From the NCBI RefSeq assembly GCF_009834535.1, contig NC_045698.1, forward strand, positions 7,318,001 to 7,382,000: a stretch of DNA of 64,000 bases, written 5' to 3'. A program made the translations under genes and the position numbers. Source of the DNA: Camelus ferus (taxonomy: Eukaryota). The notes under the pieces were generated by a model that was given only the letters and a program-made list of their open reading frames with translations, searched no databases and was not told the DNA's origin. Below, piece by piece: positions 1 through 12,870 of the stretch (position 1 is the first letter of the stretch; each line of letters starts with the position of its first letter).

Positions 1-2868
1 TACATTGAGGATGAGACAAAAAATAATTATATTCTGAATATTTTCTATAAAAGAGCAAAAGAAATTTACATGCATCTTATTGAAACAGAGTATCTTTTAA
101 AAGTTCCATTGATTCTTAATTTTCAATAGGTATTTAAGATAATACAAATTAACAGGAAGCCCATTCTTTGTTTCTCCATGCATATGGGTATAAAAATGTG
201 TCTGCAGGTAATTCTGCATTTATTTTCCATTATATAAAATAATTGATTTATAGAATGTGAAACTGTTTTGATCATGACCGAGTTTTCTTTGAGAGAAGAA
301 ATGATCTATAGATTCAGTGTTTGTTCTGCAAGAAAAACTTAATGCTGAATTAATATCTGGAGGAACAAGTCACCTTTAAAGCATGAATTATAGAAGTAAG
401 AACTCATTAATACGAAGCAACTCTCAACTAAATAAATTTTTTCTAATCCAATCTCCTAAGCTTATACTATGGAAAAAATTTCACCTTAGTAAACTTGCAT
501 ACATTATACTTAGGATCTTTTGAAATGAAGCAGGAAGTTTTCCTCTTTTTAGGAATAGACTTTTTCTTTTAGGTGGACATAGTCCTAGGGATTAAGCAAC
601 ACTCGTTTCTTTCCTACTTGGCATTGCTTTGCTGCAGTTTTCACTAGCATTTTTAGACCTCTGTGGTCATGTGCTTTGCAGCAATAAGAACTTACAATGC
701 TGCTGTCTTCCAGTAGAAGGGAATGATCCTGAAAGACTGACCTTAATTTCAGGATGAGTATCTAGTAGTTGCTGCATAATGGATAGGAATAGATTGTTAA
801 AATTAGTGCTTCAAGTTGATGTTTACATATATAAATAGAGTTGAATTTGAAAGTTTACCTTTCCCTGGGGCCTGCTTGAGTCATCCTGAGAGTTGGGTGT
901 GAGAACAAAATAGGAAAAATTCTGCATATTGTTTATTCTTACCCTTAAAAGTTTTCTTATGCTTTATAGTACACATAATATATTAGTAAAATAATAAATA
1001 TGTGTAATTTATAAACAAATGTAAAAATATTAGGAATACCTGTTCAAAAGAAAATTTCTACTTACGAATACTTGGTCACGAAGGTTTGGCAACCAGATCC
1101 TATAGATTGACTCTGATTTTGTCTTCATGATTCTTTCCTCCCCCTTTGAATCTGTACTATTCAGTTGTTTTTGCCATAAAGGGAAGATAATTAAATCTTA
1201 TTAAGAATGAATTATAATTTTATTAACATGGCAAGAAAGACTTGAGGAAAAGAGACTCTAAGAATTTTCAGTGTGAAAATTTTAAGGCTAGTTTTTAATC
1301 TAACCATAGTATCATCAAATTTTACAAAATTAACAGAATTTAATGTTACCTATCAATAGATCATATAAAAAATTCTAGATTGTCTCCTTAAATGTCATTT
1401 TATAGTTGCTTTGTTTGAATGAGGATTCAGATAAGGTCTACACATAACTTTTTTTTCTTAAGTTTTGGACAAAAATTTATTAAATTACACTAAAGTTCAT
1501 CTGTTTTTAAAACATAGGTGAGAACAGTCAAAAAGATTTTGAGAAAAGTGTACTGAGGGAGGCTTGCATTGCCCAGATACTGAAATTTTTTTAAGCTATA
1601 GTAATTAAAAATTTTTGTACAATTTTTAAAGGTTACTGTCCATTTACAGTTGTTATGGAATACTGGCTCTATTCCCCGTGTCACACATACAGTGCATCCT
1701 TGAGACATCTTACATCAGCAGTTTACTGTTACTTTTGGTTGTTGAGTCTTAAGTTCTCGTTGATCTAGAATAATCTTCTGTTTGCTCCCCTCATTTGTCC
1801 CCACCCTATTTTGCCATTGATTTGTCTAAGAGACTAGGTCAGCTGTCTCCTAAGTACCTCACTCCTGTGTTTGTCTGAATACTTACTGTTGATGTCCGCT
1901 CCCTCGCTCCTTTGTCTCCGTATTTCCTTTAAACTGGAAGTTACATCTGAGGGCCTGATTAGATTCAGGTGCAGTGCTTCTGGGACAGAACCTTCACTGG
2001 TCATGCTTTGCCTATTAATATGACATATGAAGAAGTGGAAGAAACCTGGTTAATTCATCTTTATCTGTGGTTCAGGTGATGGTATCTTGAAGCTTCTGTT
2101 GTTAGATTTCATTTTTCCCTTAACTGTCAGAAAGTAATCTGTGGGAGGTGATATTTTAGTATTGTGCAGATACCTAGTGCTCCATCAGCCTTTTACTTAA
2201 TCGTTTTATTATCCCTTGATACTTGCCTGAAGTAATTTATTTTTTGTTAGGCATTGCAAAATGGTGATTTTCAGATTCCGTCATCTCTTTTTAAACATTT
2301 ATTGGCTGGCTTTTCTATAAAAAAGAGCTTGTTCTAGAACTATTTAGTTAACCTGCATTTGTTTGTTCAGAAGAAGCAGGGCAAATGTATAGTTCTTTTC
2401 CTTTAATTACTAGTTTTCAGGATAAGGAATTGATATGCTGACTACTTCCTTTGGTAATAAAAGTAGTTTCTGTTATGTAGCTTTTTTTCCTTTTGTGGTT
2501 TTTTTTTTTTTTTTTTGGCTTTCTCTTTTTTTGAGTATTACGAACTCACGGATTTGCATGTATTCAATGTGTTTCCATGAGTTTTGGTCATTTTTTTTTT
2601 TTTTTTTAATGCTCATATCTTCTTCTCTGACTGTGAGGCCTTTTTCACAATGATTCTTGTGTCCTTTTCACCATGAACTTACTAGAGGTTGGTAACTTTT
2701 TTGTTCTCTGGTTATAGAGAATATCATAGGTGATAGGTACATTTTTGGTGTCAGTTCTAAAATTCTCCATTTCTCCAAGAAGTCTATTCTTTTTAGTGGG
2801 GTGGGTAGTAGGAGTGTTTACTGTTTTGATTTTGAACTTTTCATTGAGTTTTTTTCCTCCCCTTTTAG

Positions 2869-2927
2869 CATTTTGCCCTTACCACATTGGTCATTTCTCC
2901 CTTGTTGGTTTGGGATTTGAAGAACAC
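2869..2927 (+). CDS. MARCHF6: MARCHF6 coding exon (~exon 11); upstream exons lie outside the window
   Basis: ccttttAG|CATTTTGC...GAACAC|GTgagt; encodes (A)FCPYHIGHFSLVGLGFEEH, matching MARCHF6 as recalled. Confidence 0.96.
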
Positions 2928-3217
2928 GTGAGTATAATATTTTTACAAACTTAATTACATTGATTTCCCCAAATTTGATATTTGTTGAGTAAGTTATAAT
3001 GTTGTAAAGAGTTACTTCATTTTTCAGCCTGTCTTATATAAAAGAATAGTTATCTACGCCATTTTGCTCATTTCTTTTAAACTAAAAATGGCTCAAGATG
3101 TAGTAGGACACGTTGCCGGCTAAGGAAGATGCCCTGAATCTCATGATGCACTGCCTTCCTTAATGTTGGGCAGGCCAGAGACATACTATGGGAAAGTTTT
3201 CTTACAGGCTGATTTTT

Positions 3218-3594
3218 TTTTTTTAATCAACTGTACTTAAGTTAAAAAGTAAACAACCTACCAACCAACCCATTTAAAATATGGGCAAAAGAACTGAACA
3301 GTCATTTTTCCAAAAGAGGAAATGTAAATGGCCAACAGGAACATGAAAAGTTGCTCAGCATCACTAATATCAGGGAAATGCAAATCAAAATCGCAGTGAG
3401 ATATCATCTCACACATGTCAGAATGGCCATCATCAAAAAGAACACAAATAACAAATGTTGGCAAGGATGTGGAGAAAAGGCAACCATTGTACACTGTTCA
3501 TGGAAATGTAAATTGGTGCGGCCACTATGGAAAACAATATGGAGGTTTCTCAAAAACCTAAAAATAGAACCACCATATGGCCCAGCTATTCCAC
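3218..3594 (+). mobile_element. L1 fragment (3' end of ORF2) flanked by target-site duplications
   Basis: Translates to [37 protein letters not shown]...[25 protein letters not shown] (L1 ORF2 C-terminus); 18-bp TSD at 3200-3217 and 3595-3612. Confidence 0.92.
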
Positions 3595-4593
3595 TCTTAT
3601 AGGCTGATTTTTGACCTGTTCTAATAGCTTGGGTGCTCCTTTCCCTTTTCCCTAGTTGTCCCATAGTGAATTTTGGAAAGTAGTGATATATGAATCGATT
3701 TTTAGAAATGTTGATCTGTGTTGGAATGATGGGCTGTGGTATTTTCTAAAGAATTTGCTTTAATTTTGACATTTTGTTGTCTTTCTGAGGTAGTTAAGTA
3801 TTTGGATGGACAACTACTACTATTTTGGGGGGGTCTCCAGAAGTATTTAGTCTTTTAAGACAAGCTGACATCTGGAATATTCTGGTCAATTTGTACGTGT
3901 GAATCCTGGGAGATCGCATGATCACATTCTGAAGTATTCTGAAATGCCAAAGAGACACATTCCAATGTTTAATACAACTCTCCGAATTCTCACTGGTTGA
4001 ATGCAAGAACTTGAAAGGCTCAGATAAATGCTTTGATAAATTTTGACTTTCTAGACTCTCACCACTTACAATTTGAAATTCAGGAACCAAAAAGTTAGGC
4101 AGTATTTGTCGCTATTTAAATTCTTACTTTCTGTAAGTTGGGAATGGAACACATTTGGAGAACAGGGGAAACTGAAACATGGTGGTAGGTGATAGGGTGG
4201 CTAGGATGCATCTGGCCGCTGGACCGTGTGGGCAGTTTGCAACTGCTTTCAGCACTCAGTTTTTACCAAGTCCACTTCAGAATAGAATAGAGTGCAGACT
4301 ATTACAGCTTTTCCCTTACTTTTGTAAAATTTAATTCATTCTACTCTTATTTTTTCTTCTTGAGTAAATGTTATTTTAAAATTTTCCCTCATCTTTTTGT
4401 AATATGTAGTAGGCAGTGGGAGGTCCTGGTTTGTAGAGATGTCATCCTGAGGGGATTTATTTGGTTGTTTTTTAGTTATAAATTCCCTAGATAGTTCACT
4501 TTTAGTCTGTTTGGATTGTTTGATAAGTATTGTTAAACTGGGGTATAGGCCATGTGGTAAAATTAAATTTCTTTTTCTTTTTCCTATTTCTAG

Positions 4594-4674
4594 GTCCAGG
4601 CATCTCATTTTGAAGGCCTAATCACAACCATAGTTGGGTATATACTTTTAGCAATAACATTGATAATTTGTCAT
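4594..4674 (+). CDS. MARCHF6: MARCHF6 coding exon (~12)
   Basis: tttctAG|GTCCAG...TGTCAT|GTatcctt; VQASHFEGLITTIVGYILLAITLIICH. Confidence 0.96.
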
Positions 4675-4934
4675 GTATCCTTTAGTGAACCAGCTTGGTG
4701 ATCAGTAATGTTCATACCCAAGAGTTGTTCCTGTTAATGACAAAACTATTTTTCTCCATTTATCCTTTTAGTAAAAGTTGTAGATATTTATAGTGAGGAT
4801 GACAGCAGAAAAAATATGGAATAAATTAATTCTGTCTGTCTGTCAGATCATATTAAGTGTTGACATATAAATAGTCACCTGTTTCATTGTATCTTTCTTT
4901 AAATGCTCAGTTTTTCCTTGACTAGATGCTGTAG
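4675..4934 (+). other. MARCHF6: U12-type (minor spliceosome) GT-AG intron of MARCHF6
   Basis: 5' splice site GTATCCTTT; branch site TTCCTTGAC at 4914-4922; AG at 4933-4934; no polypyrimidine tract between branch site and AG. Confidence 0.92.
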
Positions 4935-5003
4935 GGCTTGGCCACTCTTGTTAAATTTCATAGGTCTCGTCGCTTGCTGGGAGTCTGCTATATTGTCGTT
5001 AAG
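4935..5003 (+). CDS. MARCHF6: MARCHF6 coding exon (~13)
   Basis: GLATLVKFHRSRRLLGVCYIVVK; donor AAG|GTaatt. Confidence 0.96.
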
Positions 5004-5088
5004 GTAATTCATAAGGTATTATGAGTTAAAACTGGAAACGATTTCTCCCCATTTGGGTGATATTGATGACCTTTATTTTTACTTAAAG

Positions 5089-5163
5089 GTTTCTTTGTTA
5101 GTGGTGGTAGAAATTGGAGTGTTCCCTCTCATTTGTGGCTGGTGGCTGGATATCTGTTCCCTG
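5089..5163 (+). CDS. MARCHF6: MARCHF6 coding exon (~14)
   Basis: VSLLVVVEIGVFPLICGWWLDICSL; AG/GT flanks; preceded by an 85-bp intron. Confidence 0.96.
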
Positions 5164-5996
5164 GTGAGTTTATTATTCATTATCATGCAATCTAATAATT
5201 TTAAAGCTTAAAAAAAGTGGTCTTTAGGATGGGTTCCTTTTAATGGAAAGTCAGTACTTGATAATAATTTGGTTTTTTTTCTTTTGAGTGTATCATTGTA
5301 GAGTCTTAATATTGCTAATTTTTCTTAAGCACCTGATTTTTTTGAGGCTTTGTGAACATTTTTGATGTCAGAGTATTTTTGACTGGAACCTTTCTAATAA
5401 CCAGTGGAGAATTTTCTTACTCATTTGTTCTTCTAAATTTTCTGAAGATGCCAAGACATTATATATGTAAAAAGAATAATCTGGTAGAAAGGCTGCCTTT
5501 GTAGTAATAAATTCAACCCTCACCATTTGTTTTAACTAAGATGATCAGTCTTGATTAAAATCTTTAATGACTGTCAGTGATAATCAGTTTTTGACTTTTC
5601 AAAAAATTTAAATGTAGGAAAGCTGCTTTTGGTTCTGAGAGAGCATTTTCTTCCATACTTTACTATAAAACTTGTCATGAATTCAGACCTGTAACCAAGA
5701 AGAGAATGTATTAACCAAAAATGGTTCTTTTCACAATAGCAATATTGGTAAAGTTCTTATTCACCAATTGCTTTATCAGTCTTGCCTCTTTAAAATTTTT
5801 AAAGTGTCACGTACATCTTTGAAATAGTATCCAACCTTATATCATTTGTATTTCTGAGATATCATGAAATGGCTTTAAGAGAATTGTAGTCCTAGAAATA
5901 TCAGAACCTACATGCATAGTGATTCACTCACTTCCTAGAAGATGTTAACTTGACAGATGTAAGTGGTACAGACCTCTCTCACCTGTTCTGATTTAG

Positions 5997-6131
5997 GAAA
6001 TGTTTGATGCTACTCTGAAAGATCGAGAATTGAGCTTTCAGTCAGCTCCAGGCACTACCATGTTTCTGCATTGGCTGGTGGGGATGGTGTATGTGTTCTA
6101 CTTCGCCTCCTTCATTCTGTTACTGAGAGAG
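5997..6131 (+). CDS. MARCHF6: MARCHF6 coding exon (~15)
   Basis: EMFDATLKDRELSFQSAPGTTMFLHWLVGMVYVFYFASFILLLRE; atttAG| and |GTgagt. Confidence 0.97.
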
Positions 6132-7965
6132 GTGAGTTCTACAGGGAAGTGTCAACACTATACGTTTATAAAAAGGACTTTTGTTTTAACCACAAGTCAT
6201 GCCTTTAAGGCTGTGATGATTTCCTAACTAAATCATTTTTTCTGTTATTTTATTCTAAGAAGGAACAGGTATCGACTAGTTTGGCTCAACTGCTTTAAAT
6301 AGTTTTTAGGCATTTGTCTCAAAAATTGACAAGTTTTATTCTGTTATGAGTTCGAAAGATGAGTAAATGGAGGGAAAAGATTAAAAGCACTTGTTTTACT
6401 TGGTATATATCAGAACCATCCTCAAATACATATTCTTGGAATTTTATGTGGTGTAAGCCTGTCTTGGACTTGCAGAACATTTAATGCTGGAAATACCCAA
6501 AGGATAGGGTTTTGCAAGATTAAATATGTAAGATGGTCTTGAAGCAGGCGCTTAGGAGTGTAGAATTATAGTGAGGGGCCTTTATGACTCTGGTTCACTT
6601 GCCAGATGGGTACTTGTGCTAATCCTGTTTTCAGAATAGAGTCCTTACTGATTTGAAGACAGTGAAAGCAGGGTCAGTATTTGACTAGTATACATCTCTT
6701 GCTTACTCATTCTGGTGCAAAAGCAAGTATAAAACTTGAGTAATTCTGCTAAGTGTACTTGCTGGTGTGCATTCTTTCCCTAAACATTACTGCATGCTCC
6801 CTCTGTGCCAGACACTGTGCTGTATGCTGAGGTAGCAGTGGGAAACAAAGATGCAGTCCCCACTCTCCTTTATTTTACATCCTGGGAAGGAATTGCAGCC
6901 ATGGGACAGGTCTGCTTACTCCTCTGAGAGAGGTGATGGAGCCGTGCAGGGCCTAAAGGAGTGGGCCGACGCGAGTCCAGTGTGGACAGAATACAGAAGC
7001 ACAAAGGCTCAGTGCTGTTCTTGGTGAACTTTGCTGTTCGGGAGATTTGAGGGGTTGGAGATGGGGCTGGGGGCCAGAATGTTCTCTTGAATCATATAGT
7101 GTAAATTCAGTAAGTTCTGCTTGCAAATAAAGTTTGCAAACCTTGTTTTGAAACTAGTGATTAAGACTAAATTAATCTGTTTTTAAATTATAATTATATA
7201 TGACCACTAAATTACATTGTTCAGTGATAACATATTTTATACTGAATTTTTTCGTTTTATAGTGTAGTGTTTTTTTGTTGATAACAGAAATTCCTGACAT
7301 TTTGGAGTTAGGTGGAACCTTAGAGGTCATGTATTGTATAACCCCTTTGTTTGGAAGATGGAGAGAGAGAGTTCAGGCAGATGAGATGCTTTACACAGGG
7401 TAACTCAGTGAGTTTGGACCGCCCAGAATAATCCCCAGACTCATTCATTGCCCCATTACCCACAGCCTCTAGGGTTGATGATTTCTCCTGAGCGACAAGA
7501 AAAAGATGTAGGTAGTAAAATGAAGATACTGAGAAGCTGAAGGGTTTCTTAATTAAGATAACCCTTCTTGGGAAGTTTGAGAGTGAAATCACATCTTCTG
7601 CTTAGGACATTTATAAATTGCAGCCTAATCCTTTCCAATATATAGAGATAATTTTTATAAAAATATTTGTTTTTCATCTTGGAGATCTAGATTTCTTGAC
7701 AGATTATATACTTAAATTTTTTTTTCTTTGAGTGATTAAAAACATTAATGGACATCAAACATGGGATATGTTTTCATAAAGATTCTGATTCATAAAGTTC
7801 TGGTTAGGAACTTCTTTTCCCAGGAAGGCTATGTGAATTTTGTAGGGCCCATTTTATAAGATGCCGTAATAATTTTAAGAGCTTATTTTTCTGTTAATGT
7901 TTTAGCTCATATACACAGCCTGAAGACATTGGTGAGTATTTATAGCATTTAAAATATATTTGCAG

Positions 7966-8085
7966 GTACTTCGACCTGGTGTCTTGTGGTTTCTAAGGAA
8001 TTTGAATGATCCAGATTTTAATCCAGTACAAGAAATGATTCACTTGCCTATTTATAGGCATCTCCGAAGATTCATTTTGTCAGTG
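7966..8085 (+). CDS. MARCHF6: MARCHF6 coding exon (~16)
   Basis: VLRPGVLWFLRNLNDPDFNPVQEMIHLPIYRHLRRFILSV; tgcAG| and |GTaagc. Confidence 0.97.
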
Positions 8086-8842
8086 GTAAGCATACCTTTT
8101 ATTGTTTTTGAAGTAAAATGATTTTTCATTTTTTTTTTTCCGGTCTTGGGCACTGGTAGTGTGGACTGAATAATTTAGGTTTATCTAAACCTTTGGAAGT
8201 TGGTTATCAAATAGCTGTTTTAATTGGTTACTTTGATTTAAAAAAAATGTTAGTAACCAAAAATGCCTTCTGGTTCTTTACTAGTATAATTGATTGTCAA
8301 ATTACGGGTTTCTGAATTACCTTTAATTTGCATTGAAGCAATGGAAACCTGTTAATAGCTTCTAAATTAAACTCTTAACAGAAGCATCTCAAAGTTTCTT
8401 CCCTGCCTGGAAGACGAAATTGCCTAGTTAAATCTAAGTTTTTCCAAAATAAAATTCTAAAAGCAATATTGTGTGCCCTTTAGAAGCTTTTGTAGCCATT
8501 AATATTAGGGTCATGTCTTATACTTGTTACAGGTGGTTTATTGCATTGCAGATAATTCTGATCCTTCATTGTGAGTTTCTAACTCTCTCCTCACATACCA
8601 TGCAGTGATTATCCTTTGTGGCTCCTCTTTGAGCCCTTCTGTCCTTTGAGAGAGAGAGAGAGAGGGAGCAGCAGTGTCCCAGAAATGCCGTCTTTACATA
8701 GAGTGACCCAAGTACAGTGTTGGGTGAGGACCCTTCGTGCCTGGGTGCATACAGATTTGGATTGTGTATCGAGTGTGTTGGGAAGTCAGCCTGTCTCATG
8801 GGAGTGATTTATAGTGGTGCCATGCCCATTTTCTTACTGCAG

Positions 8843-8943
8843 ATCGTCTTTGGCTCCATTGTCCTGCTGATGCTTTGGCTACCTATACGGATAATTAAGA
8901 GTCTGCTGCCTAATTTTCTTCCATATAATGTCATGCTTTATAG
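8843..8943 (+). CDS. MARCHF6: MARCHF6 coding exon (~17)
   Basis: IVFGSIVLLMLWLPIRIIKSLLPNFLPYNVMLY(S); AG/GT flanks, ends in phase 2. Confidence 0.96.
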
Positions 8944-10000
8944 GTAAGTTTTTAAAATTCAAAAACTTTACTAATTTAACTCTGTTACAGATTTGATATT
9001 CAGAGCACATACATTTAAAACATTCATTTCTTACAGATATTAGAAATCATCTGATAACTAAATTTTGCTATGTTCTGAATCACATAAACATTAGTTTAGC
9101 AGTTTTATTTTCCAAAGGAAGATTTATTTTTTGCAAACGAAGTGTGCCCTTGCTTATTAGCATTGAAATGTTTAACGTACCTAATAAGAGTGTGTTGGTT
9201 GTGTCATCTTTAAATGAGAAGCACATCATTTGTAATGCAGCCATAGTTATGCATTTAGTTATAGATTAAAATTAGGATGTAAGACTTATAAATGGACAGT
9301 CTTTTTTTTAATTTAAATCTCACATCACTTGGAAAGAGTCTCTTTCACTCCTCCCATTCCCCCTTTTTCAGAGATTTGCATCATCCCTTCAGTCACCAAA
9401 TATACCAGGAGAATTAGATTTCCTCCTCAGATTTACTTGTAATTAGTCTTTAAATCTCGTCAGTTATAATTCTTTATGATCTCTTTATCTATTCTAACTT
9501 GATTTACTACTTAATAACTTAGTTTAGGCCTTCCTCTTGTTCTTTATTTATGATCCATCCTTAACACACCTGTCTCTTCCTTCATAATGTACACGGTAAT
9601 ACTGGGTCATCTAGAATGATATACAAGGCTGGCATAGTCTCACACTGCCTTCCGAGCTCCTTATCTTGCATTGTCAGACTTTGAGTTCTGCTCTCCAGCC
9701 ATGCTCAGCTTCCACTGAGGCTCCCCGTAAATGCCTGTCTGTTCCTGGGCTTTCCCTCTTTGTTTGGAATGACCATCTTCCCTTGTTTGCCTGGCATGCT
9801 TTTGCTGCCTTTCCTCAAAATCCAAACTGAGATTTTATTCTTTGAATTTTTCCTTAACTTGAGTAAGTCATTCCTCCTTCCTTATGTATTTGGGTCATCA
9901 TAGAACCAGGAAGCATAGTTTTTGGCTTTATTTGTTGTTGAAATAGACCCATTTTGGTAGTCAGTTATACCTAGAAGTCTAGCAAAGTATAGCAATGTTT

Positions 10001-11350
10001 CATCCGTTCTTTCATTGAGCAAAACTGAGGGCCCGTTATCTACCAGGCACTTTTCTCTGTACTAGGGATATAATGATGAACAGAACAGAAGCAAAAAAAA
10101 TCTCTGCACTTGTGCTTATATTTCAGTAGGGGAGACAACCAATAAAACATAAAATATATAGTATGTCAAAGGGTCATAAGTGCTGTGGGGAAAAATGAAA
10201 CAAAGAAGTGACTGGTGAGGACCTGAGGAGGTGACAGTTGAGAAAGGCCCTGAAGGAGGTGATGGGGGAGTGAACCATGTGGATTCCTGAAGGGAGAGCT
10301 TCCTTGCAGGGGGTTGGGCATCAAGGTCGGTTTGAAGAGCAGCAGGGAGGCCAGTTTGGTTGCAGTAGAAGGAGGAAGGAAGTAGTCGGCTGTGAGGTTG
10401 GAGAGGTCATGGAAAGCCAGGTCCTAGAGAACCTTGGGAGCCATTGTAAGCACTTTGATTTTAACTTGAGTGATGTAGGAAGATCTTGGAAAGGTTGTGC
10501 AGAGGAGTGATTTGACCTAGGTTTAACAGAGATTGCTCCGGGTGCTGTGATGAGAAGAGACTAGGTTAGGATGGCCAGGGCAGAAGCAGGACACCAGCTG
10601 GGAGGATAACGCAACCATCCTGGTGGGAGGTGAGGGTGGGTATGATGAAGGAAGTAGTAGCAGAGGTAATGAGAAGTGGTTAGATTAGGGTATTGTTAGG
10701 GTAGTCACTAGGGTTCTCTGGCTGTTTGAATGTGGGGTGAAAAAGGCAGTCAAGGATTTAAGCTTCTGTCTTGAGCACCTGGAAGGATGGAGTTGCCATT
10801 TACTAAGATGAGTTTTGTGGAGGAGCAGGATTTAAGGGGAAGAGTGGGAATTTGATACTGAACATGACCAATTTAAGATGTCTCATTTCGGCCTGAAACA
10901 TTGAGTTGGCATTTTGGATATATAAGTTAGGAACTAGGAAAGGTGTCTGAATAGTGCACAGAAATTTACAGAAAGGTGCTGTTTTAAGCCACAGGAGGAT
11001 GCATTCATCCAGAGGGCACATGTAGATAATAGGGGGAGAGGACAGAACATGGGCCCTTTATTGTTTCCAGGTCGGGCGGGGACTTGAAGAGGAACCAGCA
11101 GGTCTTGGAAAGGTGTTCAAGGAAGAAAGTGTTTTGAGGAGCAAGGAGTGACCAGTTGTGTAATATGCTACTAATATAGCAAGTTAGGTGAAGACCAAGA
11201 CCTAACTTTTGGATTTAAACAACATGAAGGTCGTGGCAACCCTTTTTGGGAACAGTTCGGGTGGTGGTTGAGAAGGAAGCCTTGCTAGCTTCAGGAGAGA
11301 TTGGACGTGAGGTGATGAAGAAGACAGTGAGTTCATTCCACTCTTGAAGG
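10001..11350 (-). mobile_element. L2 LINE remnant
   Basis: Typical antisense L2 motifs (ttcattgagc...ccaggcact..., tggaaggatggagttgccatttactaagat); boundaries approximate. Confidence 0.75.
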
Positions 11351-11450
11351 AGTTTTGCTGTCATTCCATTGGGTGTTTAGTTAATATGATACAATTATAA
11401 TGGAAAATTGAATTCATGCTGTGAATTATGGCTTTTTGTAATTGTTTCAG

Positions 11451-11588
11451 TGATGCTCCAGTGAGCGAACTGTCCCTTGAGCTGCTTCTCCTTCAGGTGG
11501 TCTTACCAGCATTACTTGAACAGGGACACACACGGCAGTGGCTGAAGGGGCTTGTGCGAGCGTGGACTGTCACTGCTGGATACCTGCT
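11451..11588 (+). CDS. MARCHF6: MARCHF6 coding exon (~18)
   Basis: DAPVSELSLELLLLQVVLPALLEQGHTRQWLKGLVRAWTVTAGYL; tttcAG| and |GTaagt. Confidence 0.97.
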
Positions 11589-12096
11589 GTAAGTACAGGC
11601 AGATGACTTGTAGGCGTGGCGTATGTGTCAGTTTAATAACTTTCCTGAAAAAGTGTGTCCCATGCCCTGCCAGGAAAAGTTAATTTTAATAAGAGAGTTT
11701 CATGATATCTACAGGTGTGTATAATACTCATTTATAAAAGCTTTAAACTTTTCTAATTTTTCTAATCCTTTTTTATCCTTTTATGGAGAATATATGCATG
11801 TTTACCTTTCTATAGAGGGTTTGCTGCTGGCCTAGGTTCTTTCACTTCATTACACAAGGTAAAAATAAAATACTTTTTAGTGCATTAAAAACAAGCCAAG
11901 TTACCTTTATTTTAGAAGTCCTGACCTGGTAAAAGAGCTCTTCTCAGATTTGGTTTCCTAGTCATTTAGCCAGCATGTTGCATTTATTTTTTTCAGGCTT
12001 TATATATTCCATGTTTATTTAGAAGTTGAATCTTCGTAGTTTAAACATTTTTTTCAGAAAATACATCGCATCTTGTAGATTCCTTAATGCGAAGTA

Positions 12097-12382
12097 CAGG
12101 CATACTTTGTTTCATTTTGCTTCACAGATACTGCATTTTTTTATAAATTGAAGGTTTGTGGTAACCCTGCATTGTCAGATGATGATTTGCATTTTTTAAC
12201 AATAAAGTCTGTTTAAATTAAGGCACGTACTTTTTTTTTTTAACACATAATGCTATTGCACACTTAATAGATTACAGTATAGTGTAAACATAACTTTTAT
12301 ATGCACTCGGGAACCAAAAAAGTGATCATTTTACTACAATATTTGCTTTATTGCAGTGATCTGGAACTCTGAGAGATGCCTG
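12097..12382. mobile_element. Tigger1-derived internally deleted DNA transposon (TcMar-Tigger)
   Basis: TA|CAGGCAT...ATGCCTG|TA terminal inverted repeats with TA TSD; internal motif aaattgaaggtttgtggtaaccctgc. Confidence 0.88.
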
Positions 12383-12870
12383 TATGCATCTGGTTGTGCT
12401 TGATTGAGCACTTAGCCTTCTCTGACCACCCTGTGTCCTACCATGAGCCACCTTCTTCCCCGTCTCATTTTTGCTTCAACTGATTGTGGCTTGGATGTTT
12501 TGGTTGAGCTGCATCTCATAGCAGACACAGTGGTCATCTACAGAGAAGAGAAGGAATATTTTCCCCCTAAAATTCTTCACATAGAGTATCTTGTACATTT
12601 TTTTTTTTCAGTTTTTGATTTCTTCTCAGATACTGGCTGAAGAAAACATAAAATTGAGGGGTATTCTGAATGTTAATTAACATTAAATTTGGAAAGATTT
12701 TATTAAAAGCAAGCACCAGCATTTAGAGTAGATCGAGGTAGTGATGCTGTATATGGATTCTACTTGGACATTTTCTACCCTAAGTAATAATTACCAAGAA
12801 AGTAAGTCTGATGTCTGCTGCTTTATTCTGATCTGAGGTGAGAATTTTCACTGATGCAATTTTTACGCAG

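Noticed and set aside
3351..3602. 83-aa ORF as a host gene
   Set aside because: It is an L1 ORF2 C-terminal fragment.
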